Origin: Candidatus Woesearchaeota archaeon
GTDB taxonomy: Archaea; Nanobdellota; Nanobdellia; Pacearchaeales; GW2011-AR1
Direction of reading: 5' to 3'
DNA: 64,000 bases
Assembly: GCA_964342415.1 (NCBI GenBank)
Contig: CAYFFD010000002.1
Coordinates: 125 to 64,124 of the forward strand
The position numbers and the translations under genes are program-made. Each line of letters opens with the position of its first letter. Positions within the stretch are counted from its first letter, which is position 1. The notes beneath the pieces were generated by a model. The model made no database searches, was not told the DNA's origin, and worked only from the letters and a program-made list of their open reading frames with translations. Of this stretch, positions 47,224-55,159 are shown piece by piece.

Positions 47224-48396
47224 TTAAAGTTTTTCATAAGTCTCTTTCCCTGTTTTCATATCTTTAATCTTAAACTTTTTTTTCTTTATTTCTTCTTTAC
47301 CAACAAAAATCACTTTGTTAATCTTGTAAGAATTTGCATATTCAAGTGCTTTAGAAGGCTTGCCATAAAACAAAACAGTGTTTTTTCCCTGTTTCCTCAT
47401 CTTTTGTACAAGGTTTATTGCTTTTTTATCTTGATTTAAGGAGATAATCAAAAATTTTTCTTTTTCTGTTTTTAATTTTGCAACTAAAGACAATCTTTCC
47501 AAGCCAAAAGAGATTCCTGTAGATTGAATCGCACTGATTCCTTTAATTTTTGGTTCTTTTTTTTGGTTTCCCTCATATAACCTGTAACTCCCTCCTGCAC
47601 AAATTGATTCTTTTGTATCTTTTACCCTCACTTCAAATACACTTCCGTTGTAATAACTTAAACCTCTTGCGAGAGAAGGCAAGAAAATCAATTTTACATT
47701 GTAAATTTTACATAAATTTTTTAATTCTTCAATATCAGAATATGATTTGTATTTTTTAAAATAATTTTCTGGTTTCTTAATAATTTGGAGAATTTTTTCT
47801 GTTTTGTCTTTTTTCAAATTTTTTTTAACTTGTTTTTCAGATAATTTATCAAGTTTGTCAATTTCCCTTAATACTTTTTCTTTATTTCTTATTTTTAATT
47901 CATCAAGTATTTCATTCAGCAATTTTCTATTATTAAAATAAATTATAATTTTTATTCCAAGTTTTTCAAAGATTTCATTAGCCAATGCCAAAATTTCTGC
48001 TTCATCCTTAATTGTACTTCCTACTATATCAACATCACATTGTGTAAACTGTCTTACTCTATTACTTTGAACAGGCTCATCTCTAAAAACTTCTCCGATT
48101 TGATATCTCTTATAAGGAATTTTTTTATTTTTTGCAATCCTTTTCAATTGAAATGTAAACTCGTATCTTAAAGCAAGCTTCCTCTTTCCTTTATCTTTTA
48201 ATTTAAAGATATCTGAAACAGCTTCATCATTTTGATTTTGTCCTCTAACAAATTCTTCGTATTCAATCATAGGAGTTTCCGCAGGTTCAAAACCATATTT
48301 CTCAAAAGTCTCCACTAGGATTTTTTTTATCTCCGTTCTTTTCAAAGCTTCTTCTCCTGTAAAATCATTGAATCCCTTAACTTTTTCTGTTTTCAT
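47224..48396 (-). CDS. hisS: histidyl-tRNA synthetase
   Basis: KGFNDFTGEEALKR, the class II motif-2-like FRDEPVQSNRVRQFTQCDVDIVG, GGSYRL, and a C-terminal anticodon-binding-like domain. Confidence 0.85.
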   Translation of the reverse strand: MKTEKVKGFNDFTGEEALKRTEIKKILVETFEKYGFEPAETPMIEYEEFVRGQNQNDEAVSDIFKLKDKGKRKLALRYEFTFQLKRIAKNKKIPYKRYQIGEVFRDEPVQSNRVRQFTQCDVDIVGSTIKDEAEILALANEIFEKLGIKIIIYFNNRKLLNEILDELKIRNKEKVLREIDKLDKLSEKQVKKNLKKDKTEKILQIIKKPENYFKKYKSYSDIEELKNLCKIYNVKLIFLPSLARGLSYYNGSVFEVRVKDTKESICAGGSYRLYEGNQKKEPKIKGISAIQSTGISFGLERLSLVAKLKTEKEKFLIISLNQDKKAINLVQKMRKQGKNTVLFYGKPSKALEYANSYKINKVIFVGKEEIKKKKFKIKDMKTGKETYEKL

Positions 48397-48806
48397 TTTA
48401 GTTTTTTATTCAGTTCAATTACTTTATTTTCAATTCTTTTAATAATCTCATCAATCTTTTTTTCGTTTCCATCAAAATCATCAGGAATTTTCCATTCAAC
48501 CACTTCTTGTAAATATCTTTTATCATATAAAAAAATATCTTTTGGAACATCATTGGCAACAACCACAATAAGATTTGTATTTTGTAAAAGAGGAACTGTA
48601 ATTGTTTCAGGTTTTTTGTTTATATTAATTCCAAATTTCTTCGCTAATTTTACTTGTGGAAGATAAAGAGGATAACTTCCTTTGAAAATTCCTGCACTTT
48701 TTATTTTTATGTTTTTGTTTTTATTATATTTCTTAAAAAATTGTTCAGCCACTTGGCTTCTAAATCTATTGTACTTACAAACAAATAATATATTTACTTT
48801 TTTCAT
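48393..48806 (-). CDS. low-molecular-weight phosphotyrosine phosphatase / ArsC-type CX5R(S) phosphatase
   Basis: ILFVCKYNRFRSQVAE P-loop and a later IPDDFDG acidic loop. 4-nt overlap with the hisS start. Confidence 0.75.
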   Translation of the reverse strand: MKKVNILFVCKYNRFRSQVAEQFFKKYNKNKNIKIKSAGIFKGSYPLYLPQVKLAKKFGININKKPETITVPLLQNTNLIVVVANDVPKDIFLYDKRYLQEVVEWKIPDDFDGNEKKIDEIIKRIENKVIELNKKLK

Positions 48807-48816
48807 TTTTCAAAAG

Positions 48817-48889
48817 GGCGGAAGGGGAGAGTTGAACTCCCTTCTTGCGGACCACAACCACATGTCATAACCGTTAGACCACAACCGCC
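48817..48889 (-). tRNA. tRNA-His (anticodon GUG) with encoded G-1 and two U-U oppositions in the acceptor stem
   Basis: Hand-folded. G-1 lies opposite C73. The acceptor gcggttg/cttccgc has U5-U68 and U6-U67 mismatches. Anticodon stem tgtgg/ccgca with loop ttGTGgt; T arm gggag-ttcaact-ctccc. 73 nt. Confidence 0.7.
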
Positions 48890-48944
48890 ATTATTTAATT
48901 TAATTAAAAATAGTATAAAAAAGTTCTTGTTAAAATTAGAGTTC

Positions 48945-48991
48945 AAACTAGGAAAATCATTAATTGAAATGATGCCGACAATTCCTAGTTT
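48945..48991 (-). terminator. hairpin (10-bp perfect stem) followed on the minus strand by a T6 run, downstream of the 49064-49648 gene
   Basis: aaactaggaa ... ttcctagttt with a 27-nt loop that contains a small internal tcat/atga stem. The minus-strand T-run lies at about 48914-48921. Confidence 0.3.
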
Positions 48992-49063
48992 TATTTGTCA
49001 TATTATTTTCAATGAAAATGTGTTTTTAAGGTTTTAGATATAGAAAACTAGAAAAATTGTAAT

Positions 49064-49648
49064 TTACATTGCTTGTATTAACATACTAGTTTCAATATAG
49101 CCTGTATTGTCTTCAAACTCTATTTTCTCTTCATCTTCTATTAAAAACCCGTTCTGAGATTTTATTACTCTTGTTCCTCTACCTAAGGGAGTATCTATTG
49201 TTATAAAGTGTTTTGGAGGATAAGGATAATCTGAACATGGATGAAGAAAGATCCTCAAATCAGAAAATTCTCTAAAGTTTCTAACAATCCCCATGTAGTC
49301 AACCATATTCTCCCACATATCTGCATTACTTGGTAAGATTAGTAATTTGTCTCCTTCATCATCTTCTTTATCTGTATAATTGTGATTATGGAAAAATCCA
49401 TAGTAATGATATCTAGATTCTTTAAGTTGTTTTTCCAGGTCCAAAAATTTTTTGGAAGGCGTATACCTAGAATGTTGAGGAGTAGCCCACTCATCTAAAA
49501 TAAATAAATCCCTTCTATTAGGAGTTCTATAAAGATGTACTCCATGTTCAAAAGGCGGTTGTAAATTTTCAAAAATAAAGACTAAATTATCTTGTGATAA
49601 CCCAATAGACTGATTACTCTTTATTAAGGATATTTTATTTTCTTTCAT
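49064..49648 (-). CDS. hypothetical protein with loose JAB/MPN-like HxH...SxxD pattern
   Basis: GFFHNHNY(x16)PSNAD resembles the JAMM H-x-H...S-x-x-D motif, but with a long acidic insertion. Weak. Confidence 0.4.
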   Translation of the reverse strand: MKENKISLIKSNQSIGLSQDNLVFIFENLQPPFEHGVHLYRTPNRRDLFILDEWATPQHSRYTPSKKFLDLEKQLKESRYHYYGFFHNHNYTDKEDDEGDKLLILPSNADMWENMVDYMGIVRNFREFSDLRIFLHPCSDYPYPPKHFITIDTPLGRGTRVIKSQNGFLIEDEEKIEFEDNTGYIETSMLIQAM

Positions 49649-49730
49649 ATATAAATATTGAAATTAAGTAGCTTTTAAAGATTATAATCAGAATTAATTA
49701 AGTTTTATATCTTTTGTAGTTAGATTTTTA

Positions 49731-50213
49731 TCATATCTTATATTCTGGTTGTAGTATTTTTTTAAGATAATCAAAGAACATGTTTTGAAGATCTTCTTCA
49801 TCTTCAAGGGTTATTTCTAAAACTTCTCTGAAGTCATAAAAAGGAATTCCTCGTTCAGGAAATTCATTACTAATAATAACCTTTCTTTTTTCAAATTCAA
49901 AATTAGGGTTTCTTGTTATTATGGTTAAAACTCCTTCTTTTTCAGATTCTGGTTGGTATATTGACATCTCATCCATTCCAAATACTTCATCCATTCCAAA
50001 ATTCAACTCATAATCTACACAATAAGAACCTATTCTTTTTTGTATCCACAAATAATTAACTCCAGTTTCATAAACATTGTGTTTACAATATTTAGGATCA
50101 AGGACAACCGAAGATCTCTCTTCAAGTGAAGAATCTCTCTTAGATAAACTTGCAGAAGGAAAAAGTACTATTGCTAGTGCGACTAAACCAATTTCTATTT
50201 TGTTAGTCTTCAT
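49731..50213 (-). CDS. secreted/anchored hypothetical protein
   Basis: The start is set at MKTNKIEIGLVALAIVLFPSASL, which is signal-peptide-like. The longer ORF to 50363 overlaps the pilin-like gene. Confidence 0.45.
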   Translation of the reverse strand: MKTNKIEIGLVALAIVLFPSASLSKRDSSLEERSSVVLDPKYCKHNVYETGVNYLWIQKRIGSYCVDYELNFGMDEVFGMDEMSIYQPESEKEGVLTIITRNPNFEFEKRKVIISNEFPERGIPFYDFREVLEITLEDEEDLQNMFFDYLKKILQPEYKI

Positions 50214-50274
50214 AATAAAATAAAGAAAAACAATCTGTTTTATAGTTTTCCAATTTAACCAAAATCCTAATTTA

Positions 50275-50724
50275 TTAAGAACTGAAAGAAGTTGTTGTTG
50301 AACACAATTGCTCGTTTCCAGAGGAATCACTAAAGTAAACCGCAACCTCAACCTTGTTTGCATTTTCTATTCCTGTTGTAATGCTTGACTCTGTTTTTGC
50401 TGACAAAAGACCAATATTTCCTGAGACATCTTTGACGAAATTTGTTTCTCCCAAGTCATTAGTAAAGATTAATTTTATTCCTGCGATTTCATCTCCTCCT
50501 GCTCTTCTTTCAACAGTAACATCACAGACTCCCGGTGTTGTACATGTTAATTTTGTTGCCCTTACATCAACCTCCAAACATCTTGTTCCTAAATTAATCT
50601 TACCTTCTCCGCTTTCAACAACATCTCTTACAACGAAGAATATAATTCCCATTGCAACCATAACAAGAACAATCATAAGTAATGAGACTACAATATTCGA
50701 AATACCTTTTTTATCCCCCCTCAT
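50275..50724 (-). CDS. archaeal type IV pilin-like protein (class III signal peptide)
   Basis: MRGDKKGISNIVVSLLMIVLVMVAMGIIFFVV is a short basic leader, a KG/I cleavage context and a hydrophobic helix, as in archaellin/pilin N-termini. Confidence 0.6.
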   Translation of the reverse strand: MRGDKKGISNIVVSLLMIVLVMVAMGIIFFVVRDVVESGEGKINLGTRCLEVDVRATKLTCTTPGVCDVTVERRAGGDEIAGIKLIFTNDLGETNFVKDVSGNIGLLSAKTESSITTGIENANKVEVAVYFSDSSGNEQLCSTTTSFSS

Positions 50725-50779
50725 TATGTTTATATAAAAAGATAGTATATAAATATTTCTCTATGTTAAAACAATGTTT

Positions 50780-51988
50780 TCATTTGTTGAAAGAATCAAG
50801 AAGCAAAAAAAATTCTTTCTTGTCAATTACCTTGTCTGATTCAGAAAGGCCAATCTGCTCTGCGAATTTCCAAAATGCATCTGGTTTGTAGCCCTGTTTT
50901 TTTAGAGAGGCAAGTGTCGGAAGCTTCTTATCATTCCATCCAGAATATTTTCCTTCCTTAATTCCTTGCTTGAATTTCCTTGTAGATAGATCCATGTCTT
51001 TGAACTTAAACATTCCAAGAAAACCAGTCCAAGGCAGTTTTTTCCCAAGAGTTTTGTAAATCATCTCTTGCCTTTTTGCATTGTCCATATGATCTTTTGC
51101 CCTTATGATATGAGTTATTTTCATTTCAATGTCATCGACTGTAACAGCAAGATTCATCAAAGGCCAAACTCTGTATTTGCTTTTTTGCAAATAATGTTTT
51201 TTTGTATTTATTCTTGCCAAAGGGAAATCGCGCATTGCAGGATTTTTATCTTTCATATTTGACTTAAATCTTAAAACGGATTCACCTTGTTTGAAATTAT
51301 TTTTTGAATCAAAAGAAAGCATTTTTTTCCATCTTTCTAAATTTTCCTTAACATTATGATTTCTACAAGGACAATTAGTTTTAGTTTTCACATATTCCTC
51401 AAAAGCTTTCTGCGAGCATGTGCAAACGTAAACAGCTTTTTTTCTAAGAAGTTTTTCAGTATATTTGTAATAAAGATTCATCCTAGAGGATTGTATCACA
51501 ATTTCAGCGGCGTTTTCAAAAAGCCATTTTGAATCTTTCTCAATCATCTTGTAGGATAAAGGATAAATATTTTCTGGGTTTGTGTCCTCTATTCTCACAT
51601 AAAATTTTCCGCGATATTTTTTTACATAAAGGTATGACAAGCTTGCAGTCATTGCATGTCCCATATGTAAAGGTCCTGAAGCGCTAGGCGCAAAGCGCAT
51701 GATAACCTTTTTTCTCTTAACATTAGGAAGCTCTTCCAAACCCTCGCGCGTTTTCCTCTCAGAAACTTTATCTTTCAAGTTTTCAAATTCTTTTTTTTGT
51801 TTCTCAATTGAAAGAGAATTAACTTCTTTAACAATTTCCAAAACCTTTTTTGAATATTTTTTTACTTCGCTTTTTTTCAGACCTTCATTGAAAAGAGAAG
51901 AAATTACACTTCCAACTTTTGCTTTTCCATCATAAGAAACTGCATTTTTTAGTGCATATGCATGTGCCTTTTTTTCCAAGTTTTTCAT
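50780..51988 (-). CDS. gltX: glutamyl-tRNA synthetase catalytic core lacking the C-terminal anticodon-binding domains
   Basis: RFAPSASGPLHMGHAMTA (HIGH), LSTRK (KMSKS-like), and GWNDKKLPTLASLKKQGYKPDAFWKFAEQIGLSESDKVI (compare the GlnRS/GluRS WDDPR...RRRGY...IG segment). The ORF stops about 20 aa later at 402 aa. Confidence 0.8.
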   Translation of the reverse strand: MKNLEKKAHAYALKNAVSYDGKAKVGSVISSLFNEGLKKSEVKKYSKKVLEIVKEVNSLSIEKQKKEFENLKDKVSERKTREGLEELPNVKRKKVIMRFAPSASGPLHMGHAMTASLSYLYVKKYRGKFYVRIEDTNPENIYPLSYKMIEKDSKWLFENAAEIVIQSSRMNLYYKYTEKLLRKKAVYVCTCSQKAFEEYVKTKTNCPCRNHNVKENLERWKKMLSFDSKNNFKQGESVLRFKSNMKDKNPAMRDFPLARINTKKHYLQKSKYRVWPLMNLAVTVDDIEMKITHIIRAKDHMDNAKRQEMIYKTLGKKLPWTGFLGMFKFKDMDLSTRKFKQGIKEGKYSGWNDKKLPTLASLKKQGYKPDAFWKFAEQIGLSESDKVIDKKEFFLLLDSFNK

Positions 51989-51989
51989 C

Positions 51990-52406
51990 TTACTTCAAAG
52001 GCAAATAAGGTTTAATTGCTTTCCTTAATTGAGGATAAGTCCATTTTTTATTGAACTCTACTCTATCCATTTTCTTAAGACTAGGATTTTTATTTATAAT
52101 CTCAGGGAACTTTTTAATCAAAACTCCTAAAGAACCAGTAACATCAAAAACAATTATTTTTTTACCTTTTATATTATAATGCTCTTTTAATAATGGTTTG
52201 TGTTTTTTTCTTACAACAATAATTACATCTGCCCAATCAACATCTTCTTGATTAAAAGGATTTCTTAAAATTAACTTGGGTATTTTCCCATCACCAATCC
52301 CTCCATATTTTGTTCTGTATCCTTTATTTCTTAAATAAGATGCAAGATATTTACTTCGATTCAAACCCATAGTACAAACAGCTAAAACTTTTGGTTTTCT
52401 CTTCAT
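51990..52406 (-). CDS. CX5R(S) phosphatase-fold protein (LMW-PTP/Ssu72-like)
   Basis: VLAVCTMGLNRSKYLA P-loop near the N-terminus; 138 aa. It ends 1 nt before the gltX-like gene. Confidence 0.5.
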   Translation of the reverse strand: MKRKPKVLAVCTMGLNRSKYLASYLRNKGYRTKYGGIGDGKIPKLILRNPFNQEDVDWADVIIVVRKKHKPLLKEHYNIKGKKIIVFDVTGSLGVLIKKFPEIINKNPSLKKMDRVEFNKKWTYPQLRKAIKPYLPLK

Positions 52407-52482
52407 CCTCTAAAAACAGAAACAAGATTAATAAATTATTCGCTAAAGAAAATTATATAAATTAAAAATTCTAATTGTCAAA

Positions 52483-53316
52483 ATGAAAGAGGGGAAATCA
52501 ATCAGCTTAGTTACAGGAGCTTCTTCTGGTTTGGGAAAAGCTTTGGCAGAATTACTTTGTGAAAAAGGGCATAAAGTTTATGTCACAGCAAGAAGAAAGA
52601 ATCTTCTTGAACAATTGAAAAAAGATTGTGAAAAGTTAGAGGGGGAGATAAAAATAATTTCAGGGGATTTGTCTGACTCAAAATTTAGGGAAAAATTAAT
52701 TTTAGAAATATTAAAAACAGAGAGAAAAATTGACTACTTATTCAATAATGCAGGATTCGGAAAGGCTGTTTTGTTTGAAAAACAAGATCCTGATGAAATA
52801 AAAAAAATGTTTGAAGTTAATCTTATTACATATACCCACTTAGTAAGGCTTGTTCTGCCCTCAATGAAAAAAGCAAACAAGGGAAGAATAATTAATATTG
52901 GCTCGGTGGTTGCGTTCACCCCTTTGCCTTATTTCAGCATTTATAACTCGACAAAATCTGCCGTTTATGGATTTAATCGCTCGTTAAGATATGAATTTGT
53001 GAATACAAACGTAACAACAACAGTAGTATTGCCTGCGCGAATGAAAACAGATTTTGCAAAAACGGCTTTTCATTGTGATGATAATGAAACAAAACGAATG
53101 TGTGTTGAAAGATTCAATAAAATCGCGGGAGACCCTAGGGATGTTGCAAAACAAGTAATAAAAAATATGGGCAAGGGCAAAGAAGTTATAACTCCTACTT
53201 TCAAGGCAAAATTATGGTATTTTATGAGATATTTTGGATTTGTTGTTGATTTTAGCGTGAAACATTTCTTAGCACCTAAACAATTAGAAGAACTTAAAAA
53301 AATGGGAGTTACTTAA
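52483..53316 (+). CDS. short-chain dehydrogenase/reductase (SDR)
   Basis: VTGASSGLGKA cofactor motif, NNAG, and the YNSTKSAV (YxxxK) catalytic motif. Confidence 0.85.
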   Translation: MKEGKSISLVTGASSGLGKALAELLCEKGHKVYVTARRKNLLEQLKKDCEKLEGEIKIISGDLSDSKFREKLILEILKTERKIDYLFNNAGFGKAVLFEKQDPDEIKKMFEVNLITYTHLVRLVLPSMKKANKGRIINIGSVVAFTPLPYFSIYNSTKSAVYGFNRSLRYEFVNTNVTTTVVLPARMKTDFAKTAFHCDDNETKRMCVERFNKIAGDPRDVAKQVIKNMGKGKEVITPTFKAKLWYFMRYFGFVVDFSVKHFLAPKQLEELKKMGVT

Positions 53317-53674
53317 AACAAACATCACAATTTCTTGGAATGTTCTTATCCTGATTTCTGTGCAAGTCACAGATAACTTTTGACTTTCTGAATAAAACAC
53401 ACAAGTCATACAAATTTTTCATCAGAGTTTCAGGGTTTTTAATTATCTTATCAGCAAATTTTTTTATTTGTTCTGTTTCTTTTTTTGAGAACAATATTCT
53501 TCCGCCACGTTTTGAATTCAAGTATTGAGAAATCGCAGCCCCTGTAATTCCAAGAATTTCAGCAGACTTTTTCTGGCTTAAATTATAATCTTTGATAAAA
53601 ATCTTCACAAGCTCTCTTCTTAATGCAGGAATCAAATACCAAACTTCGATTTCCTGAGGCATAACTTTTGACAT
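53309..53674 (-). CDS. HTH transcriptional regulator with C-terminal Cys/His cluster
   Basis: EIEVWYLIPALRRELVK...LSQKKSAEILGITGAAISQYLNSKRG helix-turn-helix, and C-terminal CDLH(x10)CDVC. Divergent from sufB. Confidence 0.65.
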   Translation of the reverse strand: MSKVMPQEIEVWYLIPALRRELVKIFIKDYNLSQKKSAEILGITGAAISQYLNSKRGGRILFSKKETEQIKKFADKIIKNPETLMKNLYDLCVLFRKSKVICDLHRNQDKNIPRNCDVCFK

Positions 53675-53731
53675 ATAAAATAAAAAGTTAAAGGGTATTT
53701 AAGATTTTTTAATATCAAAAGCTTTAAAAAA

Positions 53732-53749
53732 ACTTAACTATAGTTAAGT
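53732..53749. promoter_or_regulatory. perfect 18-bp palindrome (candidate operator) between an A/T-rich TATA-like box and the sufB start codon
   Basis: acttaactatagttaagt is its own reverse complement. It ends 2 nt before the sufB ATG (53752). gctttaaaaaa lies immediately upstream (53721-53731). Confidence 0.5.
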
Positions 53750-53751
53750 AA

Positions 53752-55158
53752 ATGAATAAAGATTCTCAAATTCAAATAACAAGAAATACACTTGATAGTT
53801 TTAATAAGGAAAATCTGAAATTTAAATCTCCAAAAGGCTTGAGTGAAGATGTTGTAAGACAGATTTCTCTTGACAAAAATGAGCCAGACTGGATGTTAAA
53901 TAAAAGACTGAAGGCTTTGGAAGTCTTCAACAAAAAGTCAATGCCTTCTTTTGGTCCTGATTTATCTGATTTGGACTTAAGCGAAATTTATTTTTACATG
54001 AAACCAAATGCTAAAAAAAATTCCAGAAACTGGAAAGATGTTCCTGAAGACATAAGAAGAACTTATGAAAAGCTTGGAATTCCTGAAGCTGAAAAAAAAT
54101 CTCTTGCAGGTGTCGGAGCCCAGTATGAAAGCGAAGTTGTTTACCATAAGCTGAAAAAAAATCTAGAAAAAAAAGGTGTTGTTTTTCTTGACATGGACGT
54201 TGCAGTAAAAGAATATCCTGAGCTTGTAAAAAAATACTTCATGACAAACTGCATTGCTCCCACATTACATAAATTTACAGCTTTACACGCAGCTGTTTGG
54301 AGTGGAGGAACTTTCATTTATGTTCCAAAAAATGTTAAGGTTGAACTTCCCTTGCAAGCATATTTTAGAATGAATGCAAAAAGCGGAGGACAGTTTGAAC
54401 ATACTCTAATAATTGCTGATGAAAACTCAGAGGTTCATTATATTGAGGGTTGTAGTGCGCCCTTATACACTGAAAATTCTTTACACGTCGGCTGCGTTGA
54501 AATCCATGTTTTAAAAAATGCAAAAGTCCGTTATTCAAGCATTGAAAACTGGAGCAAAAACACCTACAACTTAAACACCAAAAGAGCTATTGTTCAAGAA
54601 AACGGAACAATGGAATGGGTGAATGGAAACTTGGGATCAAAGGTTACGATGCTTTATCCTTGTAGTGTCTTAATTGGTAAAAATGCAAAAACAGATTACA
54701 TTGGAATTGCGTATGCAGGAGAAGGACAATATCAAGATACAGGTTGTAGAGTTTATCATCTAGCTGAAAATACATCCTCACATGTAATAAGCAAAGGTAT
54801 CAGCAAAGACGGAGGAACAAGTTCCTATAGAGGATTAGTTAATATAAAAAATGGTTCTACGAATTCTAAGTCAAACGTTCAGTGTGATGGTTTAATTCTT
54901 GATAACAAAAGTAAAGCACTTACATTACCAGCCATGGAAGTCTATGAAAGCAATGTAGAAGTTTCACATGAAGCAGTCGTCGGAAAAATTCAAGGAGAAC
55001 AACTTTTTTATTTAATGTCCCGTGGTTTAAACGAAAAAGTGGCAATAAAAATAATTGTCTCAGGTTTTATCGAACCAGTTGTAAAAGAACTCCCCTTGGA
55101 ATATGCAGTTGAATTAAACAAACTTATTGAACTCGAAATAGAAGATTCTATAATTTAA
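53752..55158 (+). CDS. sufB: Fe-S cluster assembly scaffold SufB
   Basis: FEHTLIIADENSEVHYIEGCSAP, and the C-terminal HEAVVGKIQGEQLFYLMSRGL. Confidence 0.9.
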   Translation: MNKDSQIQITRNTLDSFNKENLKFKSPKGLSEDVVRQISLDKNEPDWMLNKRLKALEVFNKKSMPSFGPDLSDLDLSEIYFYMKPNAKKNSRNWKDVPEDIRRTYEKLGIPEAEKKSLAGVGAQYESEVVYHKLKKNLEKKGVVFLDMDVAVKEYPELVKKYFMTNCIAPTLHKFTALHAAVWSGGTFIYVPKNVKVELPLQAYFRMNAKSGGQFEHTLIIADENSEVHYIEGCSAPLYTENSLHVGCVEIHVLKNAKVRYSSIENWSKNTYNLNTKRAIVQENGTMEWVNGNLGSKVTMLYPCSVLIGKNAKTDYIGIAYAGEGQYQDTGCRVYHLAENTSSHVISKGISKDGGTSSYRGLVNIKNGSTNSKSNVQCDGLILDNKSKALTLPAMEVYESNVEVSHEAVVGKIQGEQLFYLMSRGLNEKVAIKIIVSGFIEPVVKELPLEYAVELNKLIELEIEDSII

Positions 55159-55159
55159 A

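Noticed and set aside
50214-50363. The N-terminal 50-aa extension of the 49731 ORF, overlapping the pilin-like gene.
   Set aside because: The internal Met gives a canonical signal-peptide-like N-terminus and removes the 89-nt overlap.
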